The notes below the pieces were generated by a model that did no database searches, had not been told where the DNA came from, and saw nothing but the letters and a program-made list of their open reading frames with translations. The position numbers and the translations under genes are program-made. A DNA stretch of 63,311 nt, the filler included, from Piptocephalis cylindrospora (taxonomy: Eukaryota): the NCBI GenBank assembly GCA_003614145.1. It is 13 parts of 13 records of this genome, joined end to end, with 100 filler letters (N's around TTAATTAATTAA, not from the genome) between each part and the next. Parts side by side here need not be neighbours in the genome. Positions count along the whole stretch, not along the records: positions 9,832 to 14,528 come from KZ988472.1; positions 14,629 to 19,431 come from KZ988473.1; positions 19,532 to 24,323 come from KZ988474.1; positions 24,424 to 29,211 come from KZ988475.1; 9 more parts are not named here. One strand, written 5' to 3'. The stretch's first letter is position 1. Every line of letters starts with the position of its first letter. This document shows, piece after piece, positions 12,007 through 25,782 of this stretch.

Positions 12007-12771
12007 ATGTCCGGACCCATCGAGCTCCTCTCCTGCTCCGTCTTTTTAACGACCTTTTTTCTCTTCACATGCCTCTTCTTGTCAACTGACGCCGCCACCA
12101 CCATCTCCACCACCAATCCAATCTTCCAGAATCCCAGTACAAGGCAGGCTCCTTTGGTTGCCTCCTCCGCCTGGTCTCCGCCCCACCCTCCCCCTCCTCC
12201 CGAGCAACCCAACCCCATCAATGGATCAAGGCTCATCCCTGGAATCCCCACTCCACCCCCAGATACGTCCATTCACTTTTCCGTGGCATTTTCCCTCGAT
12301 CTGCACAATCCTCACGCTACCTGCTCCAGCTCCATTCGCCATCTCGATCCTTCCCGCCTCGTCCGTGTTCCCATTCCTGACGGCACCTCCTCCTGCGGGC
12401 TTTGCTACAACATCACCAATGCCCGAGATGACTTTTGGCAGGTGTACGCGCTGTCCATCGGCTTGTCCCCCTCCTCGCAGTTAGAGGCCAGTGATGGCAT
12501 TCTCCGTGAACTCTTTGCCTCCCCCACTGCTGCTGGATCCATCGTCGGCTGGGCCCAGGTCGACCTCCGGGCCTGTGCTTCTCTTTTCCGCAATCAATCC
12601 ATCGCCCCTCCCCCCATAGATCCAAAGGGTGAGGATGGACAAGCCAGGGTGGATGGTGCATCGGCCTTTTCGGCTCGCTCCTCTTCCCCCTCGCTCCATG
12701 TACCCCTAAGTCTGGTCCATCCCATCGTTGGTCTCGTCCTGCTCCTGGGTGTCCATGCACTACTCCTATGA
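12007..12771 (+). CDS. Secreted, probably GPI-anchored cerato-platanin/double-psi-beta-barrel-like protein
   Basis: Hydrophobic signal peptide, Pro-rich linker, 4-Cys domain (ATCS..SCGLCYNIT..VYALSI..TAAG..QVDLRAC), then Ser-rich spacer and hydrophobic C-terminal tail. Confidence 0.65.
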   Translation: MSGPIELLSCSVFLTTFFLFTCLFLSTDAATTISTTNPIFQNPSTRQAPLVASSAWSPPHPPPPPEQPNPINGSRLIPGIPTPPPDTSIHFSVAFSLDLHNPHATCSSSIRHLDPSRLVRVPIPDGTSSCGLCYNITNARDDFWQVYALSIGLSPSSQLEASDGILRELFASPTAAGSIVGWAQVDLRACASLFRNQSIAPPPIDPKGEDGQARVDGASAFSARSSSPSLHVPLSLVHPIVGLVLLLGVHALLL

Positions 12772-12804
12772 TGGCTCCTGTGATGGCTCCTGTGATGGCT
12801 CCTG
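12769..12804 (+). repeat. 12-bp tandem repeat TGATGGCTCCTG x3 starting at the stop codon
   Basis: Read directly from the sequence. Confidence 0.9.
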
Positions 12805-13432
12805 TCCGTCTTTCTTCCCTCCCCCCTTCCTTGGATCATGCTCAATTCATCGTCTTTCCGCTCAATTCACGCCACTTCTTCCCCCTTGCTTTTGCTGAAT
12901 GGCTCAAAGAAGCTTGTTTTGATCGACACTATCCTTACCATGGACTCTATAAAGAACGCGTCCGCTCTAGAGTATGCTGTACTCTTTTTATCACACACAC
13001 ACTCACACACACATAGTCTCTCTTTCTGTCTCAACCACACACACGTTTCCCTTGTTCAACAAAATCCTAATGCTCCCACAGTCACACTATCATCTCATCA
13101 GAGATTGACGGAAGATGGCGGGTATTGCACCCAGACTGACCGATAAGAGACAATACATATGATGGTTGTCTGTACATGGCTACCGGATATAGTTCCGAAT
13201 ACGCCTCACCTGTCAGTCCGCCCAATCCCCTACTCGACACGCGCACTCTTTCCTTCCCACCCCAGCCAGGCTGTGAGGGGGGGACAGGGGCGCGCCAGAC
13301 CGTGTGAGACGCACCGCTATTTAAGGAGATGGAGTAGACACGGGCCTATCCCACTCCCTCTCATTCTTTTTTCCTTCCCCCATCCCCTCCTTCTTCCTTC
13401 TCTTATTCCCTCCTTTATCGTCCCACCACGGC

Positions 13433-14528
13433 ATGTCATACCTGTCTAAAGTGACCGGCGCCGCCGCTCGGCGATGCCCTTCCCCTACTGCCACCGCCCA
13501 CATGTACGTATAAAAAAAGGAGATAGAGACGTCCTTTCCCATCTAACATAACCTCCCCTCCCCACCAAACCCCATCGGTAGCTGGCCTCGAACCAGCCGG
13601 TGCTTCTCCTCCACCACGTCCAATCAGGAAAAGCTCAACAAGTTCAGTAGTACCATTACTCAACCTAAATCCCATAGCTCTGCCCAGGCCATGTGTATGT
13701 AGAGAGAGGGGGAGGAGGAGCGAATATGAGGCACTTTAGGATACGTCTTCCTCTCATCCTTCTCTTCATGACAGTGCACGCCACTGGACTGTCAGACCAA
13801 GACCTAAACAAGGCCCAGGTGGGTATCTCCAGCGTGTAAGCTCATATCTTGCTCTTGTCATCTCTCTTTCTCACCGCTATGACTACGATCCCAACTAATA
13901 ACAATTTCACCTTTCTCTCCCAGGTGGTATGAAGGAAATCCATGCAATATGCACTTGAATACCCTAGCCGATCGTGTCCGCGAAAGTGTCTGGAAATCCG
14001 ATTTGGTTGGCTTCCGCTTCAATACCATTGGTGTCTCCGACGGCATGAGCATGGGTACTGACGGTATGTCCTACTCTCTTCAGTCCAGGGATCTCATTGC
14101 TGATTCTATCGAGACGGTATGTCAAAAATGCGGAGAGGGCATCCCCCCCCCCCCTCTCCCCCTTTTGCCTTATATTTCATGTTCGATTTACTCATCCCCC
14201 GCCCCCATGTCTAGGTCATGAGCGGTCAATGGTATGATGCAAATATCTCCCTTCCTGGATGCGATAAGAACATGCCTGGTATGTACAAATAGGGTAGGGG
14301 AACCCGATCTTTTTCTCTCTGACCACGATATGGGAATCCACTCACTATTCTCTTCCTTTCCCTCAAAAGGTTGTCTTATTGCCATGGGTCGTCTCAACCG
14401 CCCCTCTCTTATGGTTTACGGAGGATCCATCCTCCCAGGTAAGGGAACATGCGGTAGCCAATCAGGTGTTCCCCTTGACATCGTCTCTGTCTTCCAGGCC
14501 TATGGAGAAAATCTGTCTGGAAAGATGA
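13433..14528 (+). CDS. ILV3: Dihydroxy-acid dehydratase, mitochondrial, 5' part (multi-exon, truncated by contig end)
   Basis: Spliced [94 protein letters not shown]. Confidence 0.95.
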
Positions 14529-14644
14529 NNNNNNNNNNNNNNNNNNNNNNNNNNNNNNNNNNNNNNNNNNNNTTAATTAATTAANNNNNNNNNNNNNNNN
14601 NNNNNNNNNNNNNNNNNNNNNNNNNNNNTTCCTTCCTGATATAG

Positions 14645-17600
14645 ACAATGAAAACTGAAGCGGGGCTAACGGCCCGTAACTCCACATCTATGACCCGCGC
14701 CCCAGCTTCTAGACAAGACTTTGTTCGGGGACGGTCCAGCAATATCCCTTTTACACCAGGTTAGTGAGGAATGTGATCAAGTGTTAAGCTTCACCACGGT
14801 GGACTGAATGATGATGGGTTAAAAAAGGCACAATGATGTGTATTTATATACTGACCTATTATACTGTACTACTCATTTCAGGCGGGCTGGACGTGGCGGT
14901 AGAGGGCCCTACTCTGCAAAATGCTCTGGGTAGCTCCATGTATGGAGAAGGCGGCATAAACTTGGGAGGTGAGTATTTGTGGGTTGTTGGTGATATCGCA
15001 ACTATTCTTCTTAGGACGTCTTTATTAATAATACCTTTTGTGCCTTTTGAATTTAGGGCAACTCAAGGATACGCCCCCTGGATTTGAGCGTGGGCTTTTA
15101 CTTGCAGGTAGGTAAAGGTGGCTGGCGCGCTTTACCATATACTACTTACTGATTTATCAATGCATGCAACATCAACCTCTTCCCTGATATACGACATCAA
15201 TGGGTATTTTTAGGTCATGAAGCTGAGGATACCAGCGTTGAGCCCATCGGACAGCTGACCCTGGAAGATGTATTGCATGGAGATCATTTCAATCTAGAGG
15301 AGCCCTTACCTTCGACCTTGGTGACGGCGAGCGGCACTGTAAGTGGCACGATGGGGATAGTTGGCTCTATCGAATAATTTCTTTTTCCCTGATGCCCTCA
15401 AACATCCACTCACTATCCCCCTCATTTTCTCTTTAGATGAAAGATAACATATTCATTGAACAGGATGGGGAGGAAAGCACTCTGACTTCTCCTAAAGAGC
15501 CTTCTAGAGCAGAGGATACAAATGAGGAGATTGATGTCATTCTCCCCGACTCTGTTACTTCGGCCGAGCTCGTCACTCCTACTGCCCCTTCCTTCCTTAC
15601 CGGGAGAAATCGAGCTCCCCATTCTCAACAACGAGAATGGGCGCATATGGTGGATATTCAAAAGAAAATGCCTGAATTTGATCAACTCGTCCCAGATCCA
15701 GCGTACCAGGTAAGTCTTTCCTTTGCATCTTTTTCTTTTTTGCAACTGTTTATTTAATGATATCGCCCTGCTTTCCATCTTCTTATGATGGACGCTGACA
15801 TAGTGGCCCTTTACCTTGGATAACTTTCAAAAGCAAGCAATTCATCATCTTGAGAAAGGAGAGTCCGTTTTTGTAGCGGCTCATACCTCAGCTGGAAAGA
15901 CGGTGGTGGCTGAATATGCCATTGCCCTCGCCTCCAAGCACATGTCAAGGTGAGGGAGAAAGCGAGGAACAGCGAAACTGTCTATTATGAATAGGTAATG
16001 ACTGATCTTATTGAATCTGACCCTCCCCTTATCCCCCTCTTCCTTGCACATTAGGGCCATCTATACATCTCCAATCAAGGCCTTATCCAATCAGAAGTTT
16101 CGGGATTTTCAAGAAACTTTTGAAGACGTTGGGATCCTTACGGGCGATGTGCAAATCCGCCCAGAGGCCAGCTGCCTCATTATGACCACAGAAATTCTCC
16201 GATCCATGCTCTATCGTGGCGCCGACCTGATTCGTGATGTCGAATTTGTCATCTTTGACGAGGTCCATTATGTCAATGATTCCGAGAGAGGCGTGGTTTG
16301 GGAGGAGGTCATTATCATGCTCCCCCCCCATATCACTCTCATCCTTCTTTCTGCAACCGTCCCAAACACCAAAGAGTTTGCCGAATGGGTTGGGTAAGTG
16401 ATGTAATTTGTGCTTCTGGAATGATCACAAATAGGCCTTGGAGGCTTTAGTGATTTGTTAGCTTCATAGCTTCACCGAGTATGCTAACATACTCTTCCTC
16501 ACCGATATATATTTAACTCGCTGGCCCCTTCCTGGAATAACTGAACCAGTCGGACCAAAAAGCAAGATATTTACGTGATCAGCACACTCAAACGGCCCAT
16601 CCCTCTAGAGCACTATCTTTATGCTGGAAATGATCTATTCAAGATTGTTGACGCGCAAAAAAAGTTTATCCCTGGAGGATACAAGGAGGCAAACGATTCA
16701 CTTTCTCGTTCTGGTAGAGATGGCGGGCGGGGTGGAAGAAGTAGGATGGCAGTGCAAAAGACCGATAAGAATACTTGGGTCCTTTTGGTAGGTCTACTTC
16801 GTAAACGTAACCTCCTCCCCACTGTCGTTTTCTCCTTCTCCAAGAGAAAGTGTGACGAATATGCGGATGCCTTGAGCAACGTGGACCTCACCTCGGCCTC
16901 GGAAAAGAGTGAGGTGCATCTATTCATCGAGAAGAGTCTCCTTCGTCTCCGGGGGACGGATAAGGAACTACCTCAAGTGGCTAGGATGCGTCAGTTACTC
17001 TCTCGGGGTATTGCTGTCCATCATGGTGGGCTTTTGCCCATCATTAAAGAAGTGAGTCGCCTTACTCTTGCAATTTGTGTATTTGAAGGCAGTCTGAAAC
17101 TGGCTAATCTCGCCCGCTGACATGCTATTGTCTCCACCGGTTCCCCTAGATTGTCGAAATTCTTTTTTCCAGGGGTAAGGTCAAGGTTCTCTTTGCGACA
17201 GAAACTTTTGCCATGGGAGTCAACATGCCTGCAAAGACCGTCGTTTACAGTGGCCTTAGGAAGCATGATGGAAGAAGCTTCCGCGAATTACTTCCTGGTA
17301 AGATCGTTTGGTACTACTGATTAGTAGTCACAAGTATTATCAGCGGATGACTTATCCTCTTGAGTAACGATTCTGTGAATGCGTTTTTTCCATACTAATC
17401 ACTTCTTTTTCGTTGTACATGTAGGAGAGTACACCCAAATGTCAGGTCGCGCCGGAAGACGTGGCTTGGATAAGACTGGGATGGTGATCATTGCGGGAGC
17501 TGGTGATGTACCAGAGGTAATGCTTTTGCATCAGAGTGCTTTTTGCTGGCTCCACACTGTCCTTCGTAACATTACCTAAATTCGCTTTTTTCCTACCCTC

Positions 17601-19431
17601 TAACCCTCTCTTCTGTGAAAACACCTCGTAGATGAGTACACTCAAGTCGGTTATCTTAGGGACCCCCACCAAACTGGAGAGTCAGTTCCGCCTGACCTAT
17701 ACCATGATTCTGAATTTACTGCGAGTTGAGGCTCTAAAGGTGGAAGAGATGATTAAACGTAGCTTCTTTGAGCATTCTACTCAGACACAACTTCCGGAGA
17801 AGCAGCAACTACTAACAGAGGTAAGGGTATTTTCTCTGAAATTTTGTCTGGGCTGTGCATGCCAAAAGTGTACGTAGGCTTTAGAGAACGCCTTTATTTT
17901 TAAATCTGAGTGAACGAAGCATAACCCACACTTCTCATGCCACCTGTGCTCATCATCTTCCCGTGCTTATTACTAACGTGTTGCTCCTGAAATATTCTTT
18001 GTATCTTTAGGGTCAGCGCGCTCTAGGAGACCTTCCTACACTACAATGTGGTATCTGCGAAGGAGATCTTCATGACTTTTATGATGCATCTACTCGGATT
18101 ATGAGCCTTCAGAGAGCCATGGTGGATCGTCTGATTCTTTCCTCACACTACTCGCGCATCCTTCATGCAGGAAGGGTAGTTCTTATTAATACTCCAGCTA
18201 ACAGGAATATGCCTGCCGTCCTTTTGAAGCCCCTGTCCCCAGGGGCTCCGGGGGCCATTTCAGCCCCAGGGACTAGTCAGCGTGCCGGATTCATTTGCCT
18301 GGTTCCCAACAATTCTGTAACCTCCGGAAGTATTTCAATGGACCAGGAAAAAGGTATTTGATATGCTAGTGATTTTCCAAGTGGGCCTTTCATCCATCGG
18401 CAGCATAGATCCGATAGTGCTATTGGGATAGCTACTTATTACTCCCTTCATCTATAGCTCCACTTCCTCCTACGATGATTGCTCCAGTAGATACATCCAT
18501 GGAGGCATCTCTAATCACAATCACTGCATGGGATATCCTACGAGTAACTAAAGCTAGCATTCGCCTCGATCCCAATACTGCCTTTTATGATCAAGAGAAC
18601 ATTGAGGGGAGAAAGCGGATCATGGTTCAATTGATTGACCTGGTGAATGCCTCTGATTCCCAAGGTAAGATTCATCTTTCTTTTTTTTCTCCTCGGTTTT
18701 CTGGATGAGCCGATCACTCATTTCGTGCTAAACCCCCCCTCTCCCCTCGTGAATTGCCTTTTTCAATTGATCGAACAACATCGTCTATTGTGGGTAGACT
18801 TACTCGAGGAGTGTGATTGGAGCAAATTCCGAGAACTGGAGTTTCAAGAAAGGCTGCGAGAGAAAGGAAAACTGATCAGTCATATGGGCGCTTATCAGTG
18901 CATACATTGCCCTGATCTTCCAGAACACTATGGGATTATTCATGGTCAGCGTGAGCTCCAGATCCGGATGGATGAGCTTCGACATATCATTTCCGATCAA
19001 AATTTAGAGCTCCTTCCAGATTATGAATTGAGGATTGACGTCCTTAAGCAGCTCAACTATGTGGATATGAACACTATGACTGTGCAACTAAAGGGCCGTG
19101 TTGCCTGTGAGGTAGGTATCCCTGGAGTGGAAATGGGCTGGGGATTGGTGGAGGACGTGTGGGAATTCGGCCCAAGCCTATATGACTTTCCATTCCTCCA
19201 GCTAGCACCCTTCTTATTTTACCCCCCCGCCCATCCTCTAGGTGAACTCTGCCGATGAACTTGTGCTGACGGAACTGGTTCTGGATAATTTCTTTTCAGA
19301 TTATACAGCGGAAGAGATCGCTGCCCTTTTGTCCTGCTTTACCTTTCAGGATAAAACTGATGTCGAACTTCGGCTCACCGAACGGCTTGAAAAGGTAAAA
19401 TGCGGCTTTGTAGACCACAATCTACCTGAAC
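14645..19431 (+). CDS. SKI2: Ski2 antiviral DExH RNA helicase, multi-exon, truncated at both ends
   Basis: [90 protein letters not shown]. Confidence 0.95.
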
Positions 19432-19637
19432 NNNNNNNNNNNNNNNNNNNNNNNNNNNNNNNNNNNNNNNNNNNNTTAATTAATTAANNNNNNNNNNNNN
19501 NNNNNNNNNNNNNNNNNNNNNNNNNNNNNNNGGATGGTGAAAGCGAAAGGGGAGGGAAAAAAAAGTGTGTGGCGAGAAGGGGGACGAGTAAGATGGGGTG
19601 GAATAAGGATGGAGCATAGCATAAAATGAGATGTGTA

Positions 19638-19843
19638 CCTGAGCGTCAGGGTCCTTGGATGAGGTAGAGGAGTAAGACCGGTGGGTAGTAGGTACTGTAA
19701 GATCAAGAGGGTGAGTGGGGGTCCTAACGCATAAGAGCGAGATAGCACATACCGTTCAACAAGACCATTCGCCCTGCTGGGGGGGCAAGACGACGCGGGC
19801 CAACACGGGACATAGAGCTAAGTACAATAGTAGAGAGGGTCAT
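19638..19843 (-). CDS. 5' end of an unidentified gene with a mitochondrial-presequence-like N-terminus
   Basis: Spliced MTLSTIVLSSMSRVGPRRLAPPAGRMVLLN|VPTTHRSYSSTSSKDPDAQ with GTATGT..CAG and GTACAC splice sites. Runs off the contig. Confidence 0.4.
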
Positions 19844-20839
19844 GCTGTCGTTGTTGTTACTGTTGCTATAGCTAGTGTTGGAACCAGAAAGAGGAAAGGA
19901 GTGAAAGGGCAGGGTAGGTGAAGAAAGAAGAGTATAGCGATCCCACTTCCCCTTCCCCCCATTTATATCCTCTCGTGAATGGGAATGGGCGGGGCCTGGG
20001 AAAATGCTGGGTCATGGGATTGTAGAGTGCTGTTCTCCCTTCCCGAGCGATGTGGTAAACAACACGCACGGGTCTGGGGATCTGAATCCCTAAACATGCC
20101 CCCTTCTTCCGTCGATGCGACCCTTTGGGGGATATGTGGTGGACTGGGAGGGACGGGCTCTCATTGATGCCGTTGTATCAGAGACAAGCACGGTGAGTTT
20201 TTCCCACGAAGGAGCAAAAGGGATTTCGGAGTCTGTAGTGGGATGTCCGGCTTTTTTTGGAAAGCAATTTGAATTTTCCATGGAAAAAGAATTGTATTTG
20301 AAGTATTGAGCAGGAGATTGTAAATAAAAGAAATATTAAACCCTAGGTGCTCTACATAGTCCTCGTAGAAACTATAAAGGATGGATCCTAAGTGGTGGAT
20401 CATGGACTCTTTTTATTCATCGAATAATCAGGTCGGATGGAAAAGTTCATTGAATACAGGCCACTTTGTCCATCCGTAAAAACTAACCCTGGTTTATCCC
20501 GTTAGAAGGAGTATCAATCCAAACAAAGTCTCCTACTTGCTCCTCTTGAATAAAAGGATGGCCAAGGGATGAGGGGGCCCAATCAGAGGTAATCTTCTCG
20601 CTGCCTTTCAGTACACAGCCCCTTTCAACCCCTCTTTTTCCCTGTTTGGTCCCAGGTTGTCTGGGTCAACTCCGCACGACGATGTCTGTCACCGAACAAC
20701 ACTTTATCTTCTGGGTCAAATCCTGGAAAGGTCCTGTGCCCTTGTGTCTCTTGCTTCCACTTCTCCTACTTGTTACCTGTCCATCTTGATTGCTATTTCA
20801 ATCGTCTTGACTACTGCTCCTTCCCACTTGACCTTGTCC

Positions 20840-21784
20840 ATGTTTCCCTCTTCAGCCATTGCAAAGGACCCTTCCAGTCGGACCGTTGACCTGGACCCCT
20901 CAGACCTTGGCACTCAATCCTAGTAAGCGAGAGGGCAAACCTGCTCTCCTGACCTACCCAGACTCACATTCGGTCCTCCTCCTTCAGCTGGGATAAGGCC
21001 TATGAGAGGGAGCTGGCCAACTTTGAGGATACGGGGGATATCGGGGAGATTTGGTAGGGCTGACCAGGACTTTTCCATGGTGCATCTCCCCCCTACTCAT
21101 TTCGTTTTCCTTTAGGTTTGGAGAAGAAAGTGTGGACAAGATGATTGAATGGGTAGGTGGTTCTCTTTTACTCTGGACACTGGGCCCTTCCAGATCCTCA
21201 CTCTACTGCTCATCTAGACAATCGAAAACCTGGATGATAAATATTCCAGGGTGTTGGATGTTGGGTGCGGTAATGGCCATCTCCTCTTTGAACTCTCCTC
21301 CCTGGGCTACCGGGAACTCACAGGTCTTGACTACTCGCAGCCCTCAATTGACTTGGCTGAGGCCATCGTCTCCAAGAGGACTGGGGAGGGGGACGAGGAT
21401 GCCAAGGAGAGGATCTCCTTTATGTGCGCCGATCTCTTCAACCTAAAACCAAAGGATGTGAATGGCGGGGCCTTTGACCTCATCTTGGACAAGGGAACCT
21501 TTGACGCCATTAGCCTGAACCCAGAGCAAAAGGCCAAGCGCTCCTCTGGTGCGCCTGGTCCCATGGACCAGTATGGTCCGGTCATCGCCTCTCTCCTCCG
21601 GGAGGATGGGATCCTCCTCATCACTAGCTGCAATTGGACCAAGGAAGAGCTGATTGCCCAGTTTTCCGAGTGTCTCGAGTACATCAACCATGTCAAGTAC
21701 CCCACCTTTACCTTTGGCGGCGTGACAGGTCAGCGGATCACCACGGTTGCCTTTCGTCGTAAAGAGTCTGTGACCGAGGCATGA
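20840..21784 (+). CDS. EFM4: Protein-lysine N-methyltransferase Efm4/See1 (eEF1A), 4 exons
   Basis: PSDLGTQSY|WDKAYEREL.NF...GDIGEIW|FGEES, VLDVGCGNGHLL, LDKGTFDAISL, ITSCNWTKEEL, YPTFTFGG. Confidence 0.92.
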
Positions 21785-23175
21785 TCCTGTACCCTCTCTG
21801 TTGATGTCTGGCTTGGGGGGGTACGGCCTCCCCCTATCTTGAGGTGGGGCATGTCGTCTAGGAAAGAGGGTGTGTGTGCGTGTGCGTGGTATTCATTCTA
21901 GATATCCTTTTTTTAAAACAGCTCTTCTTTTTTTTCTTCTGCTTTCAAGCTTCTTGATGGACTCTCTGTTCATCTCGGCTCGGAATGATCATGCAGCTGG
22001 ATCATTTATGCGGACGGCCTCATCCTATATCCTCCCAGTGGGGCAGCCTAAGGGAGCTCGAACACATCATAGATGGTGGGTATCGGCATGGGCATCCCAT
22101 GAGTACATCTTGAACGGAACAATGACCACCACAGCAGGTCTCAACCATACATTCACCATGGGCTACACCCATCTCTCAGCCTCTTTCCATAGTCTCGTCC
22201 TGAACCTCCTCTTCATCTCCCATCATCTTTCCCAGCCTTAATCCTAAAGATGGATGCCCTATACATCCGCTGCCTCGCTACCTCAAGGCCCAAACACCTT
22301 TCTTCACGGACTCACACGCTCACGAGGACATCCGCTGGATGGGAGCAGGGGGCGGAACGTCTCCTTGTGTGTCTAGTCTAAAGGGCCATCGCTCTTATCG
22401 GACGACTCTTCCCCTCACACCATACTGGGCTGGGTCTCTTGCTGCTCTCTCCCTCTCTCTCTATCTCTCTCTGCTGTGTCCTTCATCTCTTTGTAGATCC
22501 CAGTCCCTATACACACACACACACACACACATCCAACACCGCACACACATGCACAACCCCATCTTCTCCGGACACACTGTCCTTGACGTCGGATATTCCT
22601 TGGCAGTGTTGCCACCGCAAACCCCAAACGCGTCTCTCTCTCATACTACTGCAGAATGAGGGCGTGTAAGTCCGAATCCACCCGAGCCATCCATCTTCCT
22701 TCCCTGGACAGCTCCTGACCTCCTCGGAGATGCATGTGTGTGGGGGAGAAAGGGCTTGAGACCGCAATGAAGATAAAGGGAGGCCAAGGCTCACTTAGCT
22801 TATCCACCCTCCCCCTCCGCATTCCACCGCACCGCCTTCTTCTTTTGTCCTTCCCCTCCCCCCCTCAAAGCCCCAACGCGGCTTGTTCTATGCCCCTTTG
22901 GGTCAAACCTGTGCTTCCTTGCCTATTGTTCCCTCTCTCCCTCCCTTTTGGTAAGTGTGTCTTGTCTTCCCCTCCCTTGACGCGTGTTGTTGTGTGTTTA
23001 TTCCTTTCCTGCTCTTTTCGGCCCTCCCACCACCCATGGGGGCCCCTGTTCCTGTCGCATCTGTCTTCCCTGTATCCAAGAGTACTTAAGCACCCCCTCC
23101 CATCATCCCCTTCCTGCCTCCTCTGCCACCACCACCACCATCATCCACTTCTATAGGCCCAACGTAGCCTCAAGT

Positions 23176-24323
23176 ATGCAATTTAGGTGCCTTCGCGCCC
23201 CCCTCTTCCCCTCTCCTACCTCCCCATTATCCTCCCTTTGCTCCGCTCCTACTGCCCCACTCGTTCATTTAAGCAGCGCCCATCGCCCCACTCACCACCC
23301 TCGTGTCATCCATTCAGTCATCTCCACCTCCCCCTCCTCCATCCCCACACACACTGCTGCTCCTCGGACCTTCCACATCTCCGACGCCTTGACCCACTCC
23401 TCCCGCTCCCGCTCCCTCTCTCTTTCCTCCCTCTTCTCCTCCCCCCTTCAAAACAACCCCCTTTTCTCCCACTCCCCTCGTCTGTACTCCACCATGACCT
23501 TGGACACGACATCCCTCGAGACCAGCCGTCAATCCGGCACCGAGAAGCACCTTCTTTCCAGCTCTCCTTATGTCAATCAAGGTTAGTTTCCTCTCCCTCC
23601 TCTTTGCTTCTTCTTCCCCTTCCCCAGCACATCCCCAGCCCTCATCCCGCTCCCACCCTCCCTCAGGCTCGGCCACCTCCCAGGAAGAACGGAACGCCCT
23701 GTCCCTGCAAGGCCTCATGCCCCCTGGCTCTGACAACCTTCAAATCCAACTCCGAAGGGCATTTAGGCAACTCCGGTCCAAGTCCCAGCACCTGGACAAG
23801 TACGTCTTCCTCGCCTGGTTACGCAACACCAACATCCGTCTCTTCTACGCCATGGTCCTTCAGGAGCTCGAGGAACTCTGTCCCCTCATCTACACCCCGA
23901 CCGTCGGCTCCGCCTGTCTCAACTACTCCCAGATCTACCCCTTCCTCGCTCCCCCCGGCGCCGCCGATGGTCTTTTCCTCAGCCTCCACGACGCTGACCG
24001 TCTGCCCCAGGTCATCGCCAACTACCGTGCCTCCATGCCCGCCGAGCCCGAGATCTGTGTCATCACCGATGGTAGCCGTATCCTTGGCCTGGGTGATCTC
24101 GGTGTCAATGGCATGGGTATCCCCGTGGGTAAGCTACAGCTCTACGTCGCTGCCGGTGGTGTCAACCCCAGCAACCCCCTCCCCATCACCATCGACGTCG
24201 GCACCAACACGGAAAGGTACCTTCAGGATGAGATGTACCTGGGTCTCCGTCAGAACCGTCCCGCCGACGACGTCTACTATCCCTTTGTCGACCGCGTCCT
24301 CTCCGCCCTTCATGGACTAATCA
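23176..24323 (+). CDS. MAE1: Malic enzyme (mitochondrial presequence), 5' part; intron ~23582-23666
   Basis: NQG|SATSQEER..L.LQGLMP, PLIYTPTVG.AC, VITDGSRILGLGDLG.NGMGIPVGKLQLY, PITIDVGTN, YLGLRQ.R. Confidence 0.93.
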
Positions 24324-25782
24324 NNNNNNNNNNNNNNNNNNNNNNNNNNNNNNNNNNNNNNNNNNNNTTAATTAATTAANNNNNNNNNNNNNNNNNNNNN
24401 NNNNNNNNNNNNNNNNNNNNNNNAGGGTGGGGGTAGGGGGAACAGAGGGACGCTGGAGGAGGTTGGCCATGGTAATGGGTAGGTGGTGGTGGTGGTGGGG
24501 GTGGCGGTGAAAATCTATGAAGGGGTATGGAGAAGCAAGCAAGAGGTGGGTGGGGATGTGAGGTAGAGAGACAAGGTAGGGAAGGTGCACTTTAGGCTAA
24601 AGGGACAGGAAAGGGAGGAAGAGCGCGGCTCTTTAAATCTGGCTGGATGTCCAAAGGGTAGGAAGTGCAACAGGACTTGTCAAAAGACCAATTGAGGAAA
24701 TAGGGAAGGAAAGGGGAGAAAGAAAGGAGAAGAGGAGAAGTCAAAGGAGGAGAAGCTGAAGGAGAAGAGGAGAAAAGGGAGGACGTCGGAGAGATGAGGA
24801 GAAAGGAGAGTTCAGGGGAGAGGATGTTTGCTTCTGGCAGAAAAGAGGGGAGGGGTGGGGATTGTTGGATGTGAGGGAGGGACTAAAAGGCAAAGGGAGA
24901 GCTGGGATCAGGATTTGTAGCGAAGAGCAGAGTGTGAGGAAGATAGAAAGATGATCTTGGTAGGGGAAGGCCATATTCAGGTCCGCTTTTATAGGAGGGG
25001 AACTCGGCTGGGCTCAGGTTCCTCTCCTGTCATGGCAGGGACCAAAGGGGGCAGGGACACACAAATGTGGAACCAATGAGAGGTGCCTGGGACTCTCCCT
25101 CACACACATACCCTAAGAATATACTTTGAAGAGGACCCAAGCATATGCAGGGGAGCCTTTTCTTGCCCATAATCACCATTAAAACTCCGTCATGCCAATT
25201 GACTACCTAGAGGACGGGGCTTGAAGCGGAATGTGAATTACTTGCCCCCCCCCCATCAATGGAACACCCTTTCTTTTCGCTCCCAGACACACCCCGACAG
25301 GATCAATGAAACTCCGGAGCAATATATAAAGCCAAGCTGGCTATATCTCATAATGTATGCGCATTGATAGAGGCCATGGACCCTTCCATGTAGAATGGAT
25401 ACAGGATGCTTAGCCCCTACTATAAAGAATTGTCTGTAGGTAAGATTGCATGGAAGATGGACCTATAGATCAAGGCCTTTTTCTGTACGCACTCAGGGTA
25501 GAGGGATACAGAAATGATGAGAATATATCTAAAAAGGCATATTCTCTCACTTTGAGTGATACATGTCTCGATCTTCATGTCAAGAGCAATGTAACAAAAA
25601 AGAGAAGGTTTAATATGGGTGTGTAAAGCTGCATTTTAATTCATTCGCACCTCCACCTCCATTCAATGAAAGCAGGAGAAGTGACTTGTAGGAATCAAAT
25701 TTCAACCACACACACCATCTCGCATACCAACTGCGCTCTCTCTCTCTCCCCATCGCGCTCTCATACACAAACACACACCTCT

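Noticed and set aside
9832..14528. Contig 3 (4697 bp) is about 110 bp shorter than its place in the size-sorted order predicts
   Set aside because: Its genes look internally intact. Most likely post-assembly trimming.
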